Origin: Mobula birostris
Taxonomy: Eukaryota
Direction of reading: 5' to 3'
Assembly (NCBI RefSeq): GCF_030028105.1
Contig: NC_092379.1
Location: 30,339,715 to 30,403,714, forward strand
DNA: 64,000 nt
The position numbers and the translations under genes were made by a program. Shown here piece by piece: positions 37,691 through 51,011 of the stretch; the first letter of the stretch is position 1, and each line of letters starts with the position of its first letter. Under the pieces are notes generated by a model, which saw nothing but the letters and a program-made list of their open reading frames with translations, did no database searches and was not told the origin of the DNA.

Positions 37691-40234
37691 AAGATTGACT
37701 CCCCAGGTTTCTGTCAGAGAGGAAGGAGCCGGGGCAGGACATTAAAACCAGAATATTACATACACTACGCTGCTTGGAGTAGAACAGCTTAGAGAAAATG
37801 CTGAGGATATCGGGGCATACCTGCCCGCGAATGATCTTAGGAAACTGTTCCAAGCGATTAGGTATCAGAAAGCAGTACATGGACGAGACGATTCCGAACA
37901 AAGAAGATTGATGCTTGCATCGAAACTTATACTCCACATTGCCAGAAACATGGCGACATGCAGGGGAACAAATGAGGAAATAAAGAAAGCGATACTGAAG
38001 ATTATGGGTAATACAGCGGGAGACCCAACAGATGACTGACGTAGATGTTATTAAAGGTGCATTATTAAAGGTGCATTTGCTTCTGGTCTGTGGCTGGTGT
38101 TCAAAGGGGTATATGGATCATCATTAGATCCCGATCACGTCCAGGCAGAACCCACAAATAGATGGTTAAAAATGTTAGTGTCTCATAGCACCGACGAATC
38201 TAAAAATATGTTGGAACTGTGTGATCCCAGTGACCCAGCATATATTGAGGGATGGGTGCCTAGGAAAATGATCAGAGAATTGGGAAATCGAAGTGCGGGA
38301 GCTGTATTTTAACGTTAATACAGAGGCAGCTAAGGCGTTTCCCTTTGGGTTATCGTCTGGGGAAATGCGAGTCAGGGCAGAGCCAGCAGAGAGATTGTAG
38401 AAGAAAAGTAACACAGCGCTGGAACGTGGCTTGGTCCCATCGGGGAAGATGTTGTCGGGGGCAGTACAGTGCTGAGACCTGCTGTTTCAGATCTAGACAT
38501 ATGGGTCATTATGTCCGGAACTGTACAGCGAACTGTTTAAAATCAGAGAGTGGAGTTACAGAAGGATTAAAATATGTTGGAATTTTGTTTAACGTGGAGA
38601 TTTCATGCTTTAACTTGTTGAATGTTGATTATTTATTCATGATGAATAACTTCCACATTTATTTGTTTCAGAATACCGTATTTCCTCGATGTAACCGCAT
38701 CGATGTTAAATATTTTGGCAAAGGTTTAAAGAATTTCCGGAAGTGGTTTAAAGTGTGAATGGTTTGCATGTTTTATTCTGTCAATTCTGGCACGTGTCAG
38801 TTCACTTCAAAGGGTGTGTGGGTGTGTGTCTGCGAGAGAGCACAAAGGCGGCTTTAACATCAATGTGTTAACGTGACGGGGCCCTCACCCAGCGGTGTTT
38901 TTTTTTTTTTACTTTCCTTGGTTCTCTGGAAAATGTGTAAAAGGTTTTCATGGTGGGAATTAGCTGTTTGTTCTAAGTTTTACAGTTATTTGCAGATGGA
39001 AGTTTTTGACGGAAGTGCAAGCATGGATTTTTGAGTCTTGTCTTGTTCTTGTATTTAATGTTTCTGTATATTTGTTTTCCATGAAGTTGATCTTAGGGGC
39101 ACCTGAATTCCACACTGGCCACGTATAATCTAGGTTCAGATGGAACTTTCGGCATCTCTGTGCCGGATATGAGATGCCCACATTTCAAAGGGAAATGAAC
39201 ATTCAGGGAAGTTGCCTATTGGTGGGCAGTTAAATTTGGAATTTAATTTAACTTATTGGAAAGATTGTAATTTTTGGGGAGCAATCCTAAAAGTTGCTTT
39301 TACTAACAAAATTGCTTCTTTTTTACAGAATATAGAAGATGTTGCTCAAGACTTTTGAGATACTGATTTTGATTTTGAGATCCCTTGGAAAATAGGGTTG
39401 AAACAGCCCGTATTTTGTCATGGAAGGGCAAATGAAGTTCAATTTACACATTGAACTCGTCTAAACAGGATTTCCGCATATATCTAGCTACTACTGGATG
39501 TTTGAATTACAATGTCTTGGTCAGTCCTCCTTGACACTGCAGGGTTGAGATGTAGCTGTAAGGGGTGTCAAGGTTTCTATCTTACTTGAAGCCAATCTTT
39601 ATTGTACCAGAGAACCTACTGGGCATCGGGATATGACAACAAATGATCCCAATGGACAATTTGTATCGAAATAATAAGGGGGGAGGTGGAAGGAGATTAG
39701 AAAGCAATACCCGACAACAAAGACACAGACAACGAAGGAAAAATCCTGTTTTATTTTGTAGATGGCTTCTCGTCAGTACAGACGGCTGAGAGGAGAATTG
39801 GATGCAGGTTACATGTAAAGGATGAAGATGGCTAGGAAATATAACGTATGGCCTTAAAGTTACCCAGCACCATGAGTGCACAGGCAGCATAATTGGCAGC
39901 TGTGGCGTATGTGGTTAGCAGCCTGAATGTGGTCTGCCTGGATCAGTCATACACTTTGATAGAATAGACGTTTGTAATGGACTTACTGAACATTTTCCTC
40001 TGTGTGTTTCAGCTGACAGAACGTCAGTTCCATTTGCAGCTCTATTGCGGAATATCTTTAAAGAAGCTAAAGCGTGTCAGAAAGGTTAATGCCCATTCAA
40101 AATTATCCCCTGTGGGGAATAGGAAGGTTGGTGTGCAGGCGAAGCAAGGTGCTTTAGTTGGGCAGGAATGGCAGCCACAGACTGGGGAGATTGGAAGGCA
40201 GAAGGAATAACAGATTAAGGTCACAAACAAGAGA

Positions 40235-40365
40235 AAATCTACAGGGGTTGGAAATCCAAAGTCCCGCTGAAAGATCTCGGCCGGAAACATCGACTGTACT
40301 TAGATGTTCCATAGATGTTGCCTGGCTTGCTGGGTTCCTCCAGCATTTTGTCCGTGTTGGTTGAA
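40235..40365. repeat. Penelope terminal-repeat fragment
   Basis: tctcggccggaaacatcgactgt...cctccagcattttg, the reverse complement of the Penelope terminal motif. Confidence 0.75.
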
Positions 40366-40695
40366 CAGGTTATGTTACGTATAACCCAAGGAATAGAAGG
40401 AAGATACAAAATTAAAAGGAAATCTAAAGTAAGGAGCCCTCTGACATTCCAGACTATGGAGGAGCCCTGGTCTAATTCGGAGATAGATTTTGTTGGATCT
40501 TTGCCACCCGCTCCAGGAGGGTATGCGTATCTTATCGTGGTAGATACTGTTACCAATTGGGTGAAAGTTTTCCTGATTAAGACAAACATGACTAAATTCA
40601 CGGCAGTAATCCTATTGGAAAGGTTCCCCACTCACTCGGGATCACGTCACAGTATAAAGTTAGATCAAGGCTTGTATTTTACAGCCCAGATAATT

Positions 40696-41200
40696 GAGGA
40701 AGCAGAGAAGCTGAAGAAGAACTTTGACAGATTGGGAGAACAGGGGAAAAGTGACAGATAGAATACCAGAGGCGTGTCTGGTCATACACTTTGCAGAAGG
40801 AATAAAAGCATGGACTACTTTTTAAACGTATAGAAAATTCCAAGTGGACTTGGGAGTCCTCGTGCATAATTTTGTAAAGGTTAATTTGCATATTGAGACG
40901 ATGCTGAGGAAGGCAAATACAATGTTAACATTCATTTGGAGAGGACAGGAATATAGAAACAAGGATGTAACATGGATAAGAGAAAATCTGTGGATGCTGA
41001 AAATCCAAGCAGCACACAGAAAATGCTAGAGGAACTCAGCAGACCAGGCAGCACCTATGGCAATAAATACAGTCGACTTTTCGGACCGAGATACTTCGGC
41101 CGGACTGGAGAAAAGAAGATGAGGAATAGATTTATAGTGTGGGGAGAGGCGATAGAGAAACACAAGGTGATAGGTGAAACCGGGAGAACATAGAAAATAG
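40696..41200 (+). mobile_element. CR1 RT fragment followed by a Penelope terminal fragment
   Basis: EEAEKLKKNFDRLGE and RKANTMLTFIWRG; then gatgctgaaaatccaagcagcacacagaaaatgctagaggaactcagc. Confidence 0.7.
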
Positions 41201-41204
41201 AACA

Positions 41205-41965
41205 CAGAACATAGAAATTTACAGCACATTGGAGACCCTTCGGCCGACAAAGCTGTGTCGACCATGTAACCTACCCGACAAACTGCCGAGAAGTTCCCTA
41301 CTGTCGCTGGCAGTGCATTCCACGCACCCACTGTTCTCTGTGTGAAAAACTTACTTTTCACATTGCCCCCACCACCTTTTTCCAAACACCTTAAATCTAT
41401 GCCCCCTCGTGATAGTTCTGGAAAAAGGTCCCTGGCTATCCAGACGATCAATGCCTCCCATCGTCTTATACACCTCTATTAGGTCTCCTCTCATCCTCCG
41501 TCGCTTCAAGGAGTAAAGGTCAATTCACTCAACCTATTCTCATAAGGCACGCTCTTCAATCCAGGCAGAATCCTTGTAAATCTCCACTGCACCCTTCCTA
41601 TAGTTTGCACATCCTTCCTGTAGTGAGGTGACCAGAACTGAACTCAGTACTGCAAGCGCGACCTAACTAAAGTCATGCCATGTTGCAACATTACTTCACG
41701 GCTCTTGATCTCAATCTCACGGTTAATGAAGGTGAACACACCATACGCCTTCTGAACAACACTGTCAACCTGCGCAACAGCTTTGAGTGTCCTATGGACA
41801 CAGACTCCAAGATCTCTCTGATCCTCCACTCTGCCAAGAGTCTTACCAATAATATTATATTCTGTATTCAAATTTGTCCGACCGAAATGAGCCACTTCAC
41901 ACTTATCTGGGTTGAACTCCATCTCTAACTTTCTAACTTCTATTAGGGCATTTATAACCTTGTAG
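41205..41965 (-). mobile_element. CR1 LINE 3' end
   Basis: MEFNPDKCEVAHFGRTN and DQRDLGVCVHRTLK..AQVD.VV.KAYG. (catagaa)n-type tail near 41190-41215. Confidence 0.85.
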
Positions 41966-42359
41966 TTTCCAATCTCTACAAGCAAGGATTCTGCATCTTT
42001 TGATCCCATATCATCTCCTTCTGAGGACTTGATTTTATTTTTCCCCAACAGTACGTATCCTTAAGCTTCCAACTATGATCTTCTTTCAGCCACAATTCAG
42101 AGATGCCCAGAACATCACACCTGTCACTCTCTAACTAGCTACATGATAATCTACCTTCTTCTGTAAACTGCTTATTTTCAAATATAATACCTTCAGTCCT
42201 GTGTATTCATCACCCTTCTGATTCTGTTCACATGTTATATTCGAACTCACCCTGCTATCCACAAATTTGCCCGATCTTCTGCCTGTCGTTTAAACGCTAA
42301 ACAATAAAGAAAGATGTTTACGACGATCAAACTTAGTGGGGAGAACGCTGAATTCCAGA

Positions 42360-42800
42360 GTCTTGACGAGAGAAACACTCACAGAACGCTGGAGGAACTC
42401 AGCAGAACAGGCAGCATCGATGGAAAAGTGAAATCAGTGGACGTTTCGGGCCAAGACTCCTCTTCAGGACGGTAATGGAGGGGGAGAAGTCAGCTTTATC
42501 AGGGGAGGGAAGAAGGACGTACAAAGCGGCAGGTGATAAGGGGTGAGGGATGGGATGAGGGGATGAAGTCAAGAGCTGAGAATTTAATTGGTGAAAGAAA
42601 TATAGGGCTGAAAATACGGAAATCTGTTAGCAGAGGACAGAAGACCATGGAAGAAAGGGAATGGGAAGGAGAACCGGGGGAGGTGATGGGAAAATAGGGA
42701 GATAAGGTGAGAGAGTGAAACTGGGATGGGGAATGGGAAGAAGACTGGAAGTTCGAGAAATTGATGCTGATGCCAGTCAGTTGCAGGCTACGCAGACGCT
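42360..42800 (-). repeat. Penelope 3' fragment
   Basis: aacgctggaggaactcagcagaacaggcagcatc...gttcgagaaattgatg...gttgcaggctac, related to 35960-36400. Confidence 0.75.
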
Positions 42801-42959
42801 AACGTATTTAAGGGGTACGGATGTCATGACCAGTCAGCGAAATATCATGGCAGTGCTCCGACAAGTCAGACTGAAGGGCTCATCTACGATAGCTACGTGG
42901 CGGAACCTGAGGAACAAGAAATTTCTGATCACATTACTGGTGTTCGTCGTCAAGATATA

Positions 42960-43400
42960 GAGGAACAGGTTTGTAGAAAGAGAGACTAAATAGTTGCAAG
43001 AAAAGTAAGGATGCGAACGTAGGTACTTCTAACTTTCCACATATTGAATGGGAGTCTCATGATATAGAAGGACTGGATAGTATGGAGTTTGTTAAATACA
43101 ACCAGGAAAGGTTCCTTAATCAATATGCAACGGTCCCTGCTGAAGAGGGTTCGATATTGGACCCACTATTACGAAAAGAGACAAGGCAGGTGAGGAATGA
43201 TCAGAATTCCATTAGTTTCTCGATAATTATGGAGAAGGATAGGATTAGACTTCGCGTTAATATTCCAAATTGGAAACAGTCCAACATTGCTAGCACCAGG
43301 AAGAATCAAACAGGTGTGGATTTGAACAGATTATTTTCTGGAAAGCGGGTGACTAGCAAGGGGGAAGTTTTTAAACGGAAAATACTGAAAGCACTGGGAT
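42960..43400 (+). mobile_element. CR1 ORF2 endonuclease fragment
   Basis: GTSNFPHIEW and FVKYNQERFLNQY..VP.EEGSILD.LL. Confidence 0.7.
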
Positions 43401-43849
43401 AGTACTGTAAGGTATGACTAGGTGGTTTAGGGAATATTGGTTTAAAAGGGGTATTCGGGTCCTGGTTAAGAAGAGTAAGGGCTGCCTAGCAAGTACAAGC
43501 AGCAAGGAGCAAATGAGAAGCTTGAGCAACACATGAAATGCAAGGGAACACAAGGAGAAAATCAGATGAGTGGCAAAATGGGATAGGAATTTATTGTTTA
43601 TCAATAGTGTTACTGAAGATTAAGGTTGGTTGATGACTGAAGACCCATTTTCTGCGTTGAACGTCCCTGTGACGATAATATAAACACTAGACCGTGGAAT
43701 AAGCATAAGTTGAAATTGATTTCTGTTGTCGAGCGAACAATTATTGCATCTCGAATAGTGCATTGGTTCTAGTTGCAGCCTGGAAAGCTACCTCTCGGGC
43801 GAAGTGGCAATTCGGGACACAACATGCATCAATGAGGCTAATTCAAATG

Positions 43850-44900
43850 TCACAGGATCTAAAGATCTGTGCTGATCAATTGGCTGGAATGTTCACTGAG
43901 ATACTTAACCTCTCGATTCAGTAGTGTCAGGTACCACCGTCTTCAAACAGACATCACTTGCACGTAGAAAGCTGTCTCAATGGCTATTGTCCAGTCGCAC
44001 TTACATACACAGTGATATGGTGTTCTGAGTGGTTGGTGATAAAACTTAACAACTTCTGCTTAAGAAGCAACGTGGATACTTTCCAGTTTGCCGACCGGAG
44101 CAACCGGTCACAACAGAGGGCATCTCATTGGATCTTCACTCAACCCTGCAACATCCGGGCAGAAATGATGCATACATCAGCATCCTCTTATCGAATACAT
44201 CTCGCCATTCAATACATCATCAGCTCAAAAATAGTCAATTAGTTTCAGTGTGTAAATAAGCTTCAAGGCCTTGACTTCAGTAACTCATGTTGCAATAGGA
44301 TCATATAATTCCTCACTAGCAGGCTCCAGTCATTTCGGATTGGTAGCAACATCTCCTCCACAATATCCATCAGTACAGGTGGACCACAAAACCGTGTGGT
44401 CATCCCACTGCACGACTCACTTTACACTTATGAACGTATGGCTAGGCACATTCCGGACACCATATTTATGTTTGCTAACGCCACCACCGTCTTGGCCGAA
44501 TCAAGACGCAGCATATAGGAGGGAAACTGACTATCTGGCTGAGTGGTGCCACAGCGACAAACTCTTATAGAATGTCAGCAAGACCAAGAAGTTGATTATT
44601 GTCTTCTGGAGGAGGAAACCAGTGGTCTATGAGCCAGTCCTCATCGGAGGATTACTGGTGGACAGGGTCAGCAAATTTAAATTCCTCGGTGTTAGCGTTT
44701 CAGAAAACATGTCCTGGGCCCGGCAGGTAATTGTATTCACTTACACCTCCTTGTGAGTTTGTGAAGATTCAACATAAAATCTAAAGCTTTACCAAACTTT
44801 CCAGAGATGCGTAGTATTGACTGGTTGCATTACAGCCTGTTATGAAAACACCAATACCCTTGAACAAGACTTTACAAGACACTCGTCAGGCCGTAACTGG
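43850..44900 (+). mobile_element. Rex1-like LINE RT fragments
   Basis: QLAGMFTEILNLS, CPVALT, FQFADRSNRS and later KTKKLII..F.LGV remnants. Confidence 0.75.
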
Positions 44901-44959
44901 AGTATTGTCAACAGCTTCGGGCCCCATATCTCAGAATTGATGTGTTGTCACTGGAAAGA

Positions 44960-45420
44960 GTCCGGAGGTGGTTCACGAGGGTGATTCCGGGACTGAAGAA
45001 ATTAACATATATGGAATGTTTGGGAGCTTTGGGTCTGTACTCACTGGATTAGAAGAATACGGGGGGATCTCTTTGAAACCTGCTGAATATTGAAAGGAGT
45101 AAGCAGGGTAGTTGTGGAGAGGATGATTCCTGTGGTGGTATTATCCAGATCTAGAATGAACAGCCTCAAAATTGAGGAGCAGCCTTTTAGAAACGAACTA
45201 AGGAGGATTTTTATTTTGCCAGACAGCAGTGAACCTGTGGACTGTTCTGACGCAGACTGCGGTGGAGGTCAAGTCCATGGATATTTAAGGCGGAAGTTGA
45301 TAGTTTCCTGATTGGTCAGAGCATCAAAGTCTATGGCAAGAAGGCAAGTGTACGGGGACGTATGGCATCCTGGGTCAGCCACGATAGAATGGCGGAGCAG
45401 ACTCGACCGGCCGAATTCCT
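44960..45420 (+). mobile_element. CR1 LINE 3' end
   Basis: ggtctgtactcactggattagaagaatacggggggatctctttgaaacc...gatagaatggcggagcagactcg. Confidence 0.75.
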
Positions 45421-45839
45421 TGTGCTCCTGTGGCTTCTGGTCTTCCGAACGGAAAGTCCTACAAAAAGTAGTGGATATGATCTTGTCCATCAGTGATAAA
45501 GCTCTCCCCACCATTAAACAAACCTACGTGTACTGTTGTCGCAGAAGAGCTGTCACGATGTGCGCTGGCAATGACGGGACCCAAGTGCAGAGGAAAGACA
45601 GACACCCATGTGGAGACGGCGACAAGATTTGATACACAAGGATTCCGACAGAACATTGGTAGCGCGGCGGAACCACACCTCAACATGGTTCATTCTCAAA
45701 ACGTGGACCAGGTGATTGTGCTAACAGAACGTCCACTTGAAATAATTTAAGTAGCAAGGAATCCCCGAAAATAAATATGATAAACAAGGTTAAACGGAAA
45801 GCATCAAGGATTAATGGCTCTCGTTAAACAAGAATTAAC

Positions 45840-47080
45840 CAATTCAGGTGCTCCAGGAAGCCCGTAGGCCAACAGTCTCTAGCTCCCCACATGGGCCCAA
45901 AGAGCTCATTACGAAAGCAGCATCCATCATCAGGGACCCCCACAAGCCAGGTCATATTCCGTTCTCTCTGATGCCGTCGGGAAGAAGGAACAGGAGCCAC
46001 AGGACTCACGCCACCAGGTTCAGGAACAGTTATTGCCCCTCAGTCATCTGGCTCCTGAACCAAAGTCGATACCTGTCAACAGCTTCTCTTGCCTCATCAT
46101 TGAAATGTTCTCAAACCTATAGACTCACTTGCAAGGACTATTCGGCTCATGGTCTCGGTATTTATTGTTTATTTATTTATTATTATTATTATTATTTCCT
46201 TCTTTTTTGTACTTGCACAGATTTTTGTCTTTTGCAGACTGGTTGAACGGCCATGTTGGTGCGGTCTTTCATGTATTCTATTAAAGAGATTATTCTATTA
46301 CGGATTTATTGTGAATGTCCGTAAAATTAATCTCATGACTGTATAGGGTGACATATATGTACTTAGAAAATAAATTGACTTTGAGCTTTCACCGTTGCAC
46401 AAAAGACTCCAGTGAGTGCTGTGGCATTATCAAATATTACCTTGGACAATCTTTTCTGAAATGGATTAGTGTATTCAATGGCCAAGTCTAGAGGAGTCAA
46501 CCGTAGTTTAGATAAAGTCTGACGTCAGTGTTATTTAAATACTACAGTTAATGGAGAGTGATATGATGACATATTGGCTGTTATGTGGAGACCATTCTGA
46601 CCAGAGTGGTGACCTCGGCTGGATACATTACGTCGGGTGCGGAGCGACCAATGCACAGGATCGGAAAATGCTGCAAAAGTATGTAAACTCTGCCCGCTTC
46701 ATCATGGGCAATAGTCTCTGCAGTATCCAGGACACTTTGAAAAGGCGATTTGACTAAAAGGCGGCACCCATCATTAAGAATCCCCGTCACTCGTGTCACG
46801 TCCTCTTTTCAATGCTACCGTCAAGGATGAGGGGCAGCAGTCGGAAGACGCACGCTCAACTTTTCAGGAACAGCTTCTTCCCCTCCGCCGGAAGATTTCT
46901 GCATTGACAAAGAACCCATGAACACTCCCTCAGTACTTTTCCTCTTTTTTTGCAAGGCAGAATTAATTTATTATTTTATTTTTATATATACTTTTTACCG
47001 CGATATATAGTTTTCATTCTTACATATTGCAATGTACTGCCGTTGCAAAAGAACAAATTTCATGACATATTAAACCTGAT
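45840..47080 (+). mobile_element. Two Rex1-like LINE 3' fragments (about 45880-46380 and 46620-47080)
   Basis: KAASIIRDPHKPGH..FSLMPSGRR.RS..T...RFRNSY.P, and AQDRKMLQKYVNSA..I.G..L.SIQD. Confidence 0.75.
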
Positions 47081-50000
47081 TCTGATTTTGAGCCAAATGC
47101 TATCACACCGGATTCTACCTTAAGTGCATCTTTCCTGCATGTACACAAACTCACTCACTTCAGTAAAATCGATTCGTTGCTTTCCATGCTTTGGTAGTCG
47201 ATTTGGTAAGCGATTGTACAGGAAATGCGTTTGAATTGCACTAGGACACTGGGGCACAAGAGGTCAGGGATACATTGCATCAGTTCATTTGATCTTGATG
47301 TTCATATTTCTACGGCAGGTCCGTACTCGCAAAGAATCTGGAACGCATGGACCTTTGATACGTAAATTCAAATGCAATTTTTCGGTTTCTATTGTTTGTT
47401 TAACACTCAGCTGGTGTTTGTTTAATGAAAGGAATTATTGAATTTAACACGGAGCTGAAAACTTATTTGAAATAGAAATCCGCAAGGAGATGATGTCCTA
47501 CTCTCATATTGTTTTAACTTATATTATAAATATATACATCCGCAGGTGCCCACTTCATATAACAGTGGAACCGAATTTGTATGCCTGCGCATAGTGCTCA
47601 CCTCGACATAAAATGATTCGGAGTAGGCACCTACCATACGAGAACTATTATTACCCAATGTTTGTGGTATTTGCAGTCCCAGGTAGGTCAACGATGTGTT
47701 GTGAGTTGGATCAGACTGAAATCTCCATGATGCTCCAGTTCCTCTCTTGAGTTTGCAAGTAGAAAGCAAAAGTGAATGACCGGTTAAATCTGGAAATTCT
47801 GGGTAGGATATTTGGAGCGGAAATCTGTGCTGAGCTCTCGGGGCTGTAAGTCATTATCTGGAAACAGAAGAAATTCACTGTGAAATGCGTTTGGATAGAA
47901 TGAAAGAAAGGAAACCGTGCTGCTGGAAACGCAACCAGTAACGAAACGCTCGCAATGAGGATCTTTGTCTGTTCAGATGAATCTGATGAAAATATATTAG
48001 AATTGTTATTTTCCCCTTGGATTCGTACAAAATATTTAAAATCATGCAGTGTTATGTTTTAGATAAATTTACACAATTGCTTGCCACGTGCACTGACTTG
48101 AACGGGGAACGGAGAATCGAAGAATAATCGGCTGTATCAGGCATATGCAGGCTTTTACTTCGGGCGACTAATAGCCGATGAAGTTCAGGGTGGTGAAATG
48201 TGGCGTATCTATTTTCGTGGAAGATTGAAACCCGAAATTATAGTTTGAATATTGTTACAACCGGGCGGTCGAGTTCGAGGAAGCAAGTCACTGAAAGAGG
48301 CAGGAAAGAGGCAGTGCATGGAATGCACTTTCTAAATGGGAAGAAAATTCAAAAATCGGAGATGGAACTGGACATGGGAGCCTCCGCGCACGGTGCCGTA
48401 AACCTTAACTTGCAGGTTGATTCAGTGGTGAGAAGGCAAATGCACCAGTTCCAGATGGGTGTGTACAACACTTTGAAATACACATAAACCCGCAGGTTTG
48501 CGACATTCAAAGGAAGCTCTGACACAGTCTGACCGAGTTAGGAAGGGATTCGATCAGTTTACGTCAGAGGGATTTATGCCCTGAATAAAGGGTCCACTCC
48601 AGTACCAATAAAATTTCTTAGGGATACAGGGGCTTCTCGGTCACTTATGTTCGACAGTGTTCTAGGGTTTAGTGATGAGACTGGCACGGTGAAGTAAATT
48701 TTATACGAGGTATTGAGGGTAACTTTACCCCTGCACCTCTGCACAAAGTAGTTTTAATGTCAGGGACAGATTCAGGACCTGTTAAAATCGGACGACAACA
48801 CAGTCTACCGGTGGATGGTCTTTCTTTATTGTGAGGGAATGACCGAGCAGATGGAAAAGTTGTTCCTGCAGTGCAGCTGACAAATAAGCCAATCACTGAT
48901 GATCCAAAGATGGATGCTGACATATATCCCTCCTGTGTAGTCACCGGAGCTATGCCGAAATATTCTGCCAAGGCAGATGGTTCTGTTCAGCATTGGTCTA
49001 CTACCTATGACAGCTCAAATCGGGATTCAGCTTTTGATGATTTGCCAGGAGCTTTACTATCATCCTTGTTCGATCAGGATACTTGTAGTGAGTCTGACCA
49101 TAAAAACTTGTCTATGTCAGGAAACAGATTATAGCAGAGCAGAGCAGAGATCTTGAGGTTGCCACGTTCAGAGAGAACGCTTTCCCAGATAGCGAGATTG
49201 AGAATGTGCCAGTAGGGTTTGATTTCCAGAGTGGAGTGTTAATGAGAAAGTGGAGACCACCTGAGATTCTTGCAAATCAGGATTGGGCAGCTGATCACCA
49301 AGTAGTCTGTAGGAATGTAATTTTACCTTTGGCTCATAGTATGCCCCTTAGGTGGCCATCTAGGTGTGAGAAAAACTGTGAACAAAGTTATGCAACACTT
49401 CTTCTGGCCTGGTTTGAGGAAAGATGTGGCGACATTTTGGCGAACTTATCACACTGTCAGGTTGTGAGTGTACCTAATCAAGACAACCCAATGGCACAAA
49501 TGCAAAATATTCCTGCATTTGGTGAACCGTTTTCTAAAGTTATTGTAGATTGCGTTTGCCCATTGCCAAAAACTAAAGCAGGACATCAAGATTTGCTGAC
49601 CATCATGTGTACAGATTCTGGGTTTGCAGCAGCAATACCTCACAGGAAAATAAGAGCTAAAACTGTGACGAAGGCTCTTATGAAGATCTTTATTTTATTT
49701 GGGTTGCCTAAAAAATGCAGTCTTCAAGGAAGTAATTTTATGCCTGGTTTATTCCAGCAAATAGTTTATAACCTGGGAGCCAAGCAGATTATATCGTCTG
49801 CGTACCATTCAGAATCACAGGGAGCCTTAGAAAGGTTCCATTCTATCCTCAAACCCATGTTTAGGATATTCTGCGTCGAAATAGAGAATGATTGGGATGC
49901 AGTACTTCATTTGCTTTTCTTTGCAGTAAGGGAGTCAGTGCAGGATTCCCTAGGCTTTAGCCCCTTTGAACTTGTGTTTGGTCATTCAGTCCGAGGACCT

Positions 50001-50772
50001 TTGGCATTGTTAAAAGAACAGTGTGTTAACAAAGAACTACAGACTAATTTGCGGGATTATGTCTTGAAATTTACGGAAGTATTGCAAAAAGCTTGCAGTT
50101 ATGGGAAATTTTAAAATCTACTCAGGAAAGAATGGAAACATGGTATGACAAGGAAGCTAGAACGAGGTCATTTAAGTCGGGAAATAAGGTGCTGTTTTTT
50201 CCACTGTGCAACCGAACCAATAAAAGCTAAATTTCACGGCCCTTACGAAATTATATCTTAAGGTAATAATGCGGTCTATGCGGTACAAACTCCAAATCGA
50301 GGAGGCCCACACTGCTTTGTCATGTAAATATGAGAAAAACATATTATGAAAACCAGTTCGCCGCTATGACTGTTGTCGTCAATGACACTGAGTCTGATCT
50401 GCCTGGGAACATGGTACCTGATCCATCTGAGGTTTATTTTAAACCGAACATTATTTCCACCAGACTTCCAAATTCGACAATTTTGGAAACTATTGATAAG
50501 AAATTGGCTCATATACACCCACAGCAGCGGCAGCAAATGAAGCAGTTAATTATCAAAGTTTTGGATTTATTTCCAGACTTTCCAAAAAGAACCACAGTCG
50601 CCTCACATGATGTAGATGTTGGGAACGTCAAACCCATAAAGCAACTTCCATTCGAATGGACATGGAAAAATGTAGAATCGCTGAACAAGAAATGGAATAT
50701 ATGTTAGAAAATATTATTATTCGACCTTCTGCTTCGGATTGGAGTACACCTTGAGTCTTGGTGACCAAACCA

Positions 50773-51011
50773 TAGTGATAGTCATAGTCATAGTCATGGT
50801 CATACTTTATTGATCCCAGGGGAAATTGGTTTTCGTTATAGTTGTTCCATAAATAATTAAATAGTAATACAACCATAAATAATTAAATAGTAAAATGTAA
50901 ATTATGCCAGGAAATAAGTCCAGGATGAGCCTATTGGCTCAGGGTGTCTGACCCTCCAAGGGAGGAGCTGTAAAGTTTGATGGCCATAGGCAGGAATGAC
51001 TTCCGATGACG
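50773..51011 (-). mobile_element. Rex1-like LINE 3' tail inserted in the Gmr1 RT
   Basis: About 90% identical by eye to 13670-13905. Possible CCA TSD (50770-50772 and 51012-51014); removing the insert restores VTKPESSIRF. Confidence 0.9.

Larger units (their letters stand above)
34152..40695 (+). mobile_element. Older, heavily degraded LTR retroelement with a retrovirus-type RNase H, interrupted by Penelope and other inserts
   Basis: AATAAA near 34960, ...TGCGACA end near 35026 then TGGCGTTCCTG (PBS-like). CFRSRHMGHYVRNC knuckle remnant near 38480-38520. YFVDG..SAQAA*LAAVAYV RNase H at 39740-39910. EIDFVGSLPPAPGGYAYLIVVDT..W integrase core at 40460-40690. Confidence 0.55.

Noticed and set aside
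38670-38700. TACCGTATTTCCTCG resembling a Tc2/pogo-type TIR
   Set aside because: No matching opposite TIR found.
47524-47769. Short unique-looking ORF as a possible TCR segment
   Set aside because: No Ig-fold motifs, RSS or splice context.
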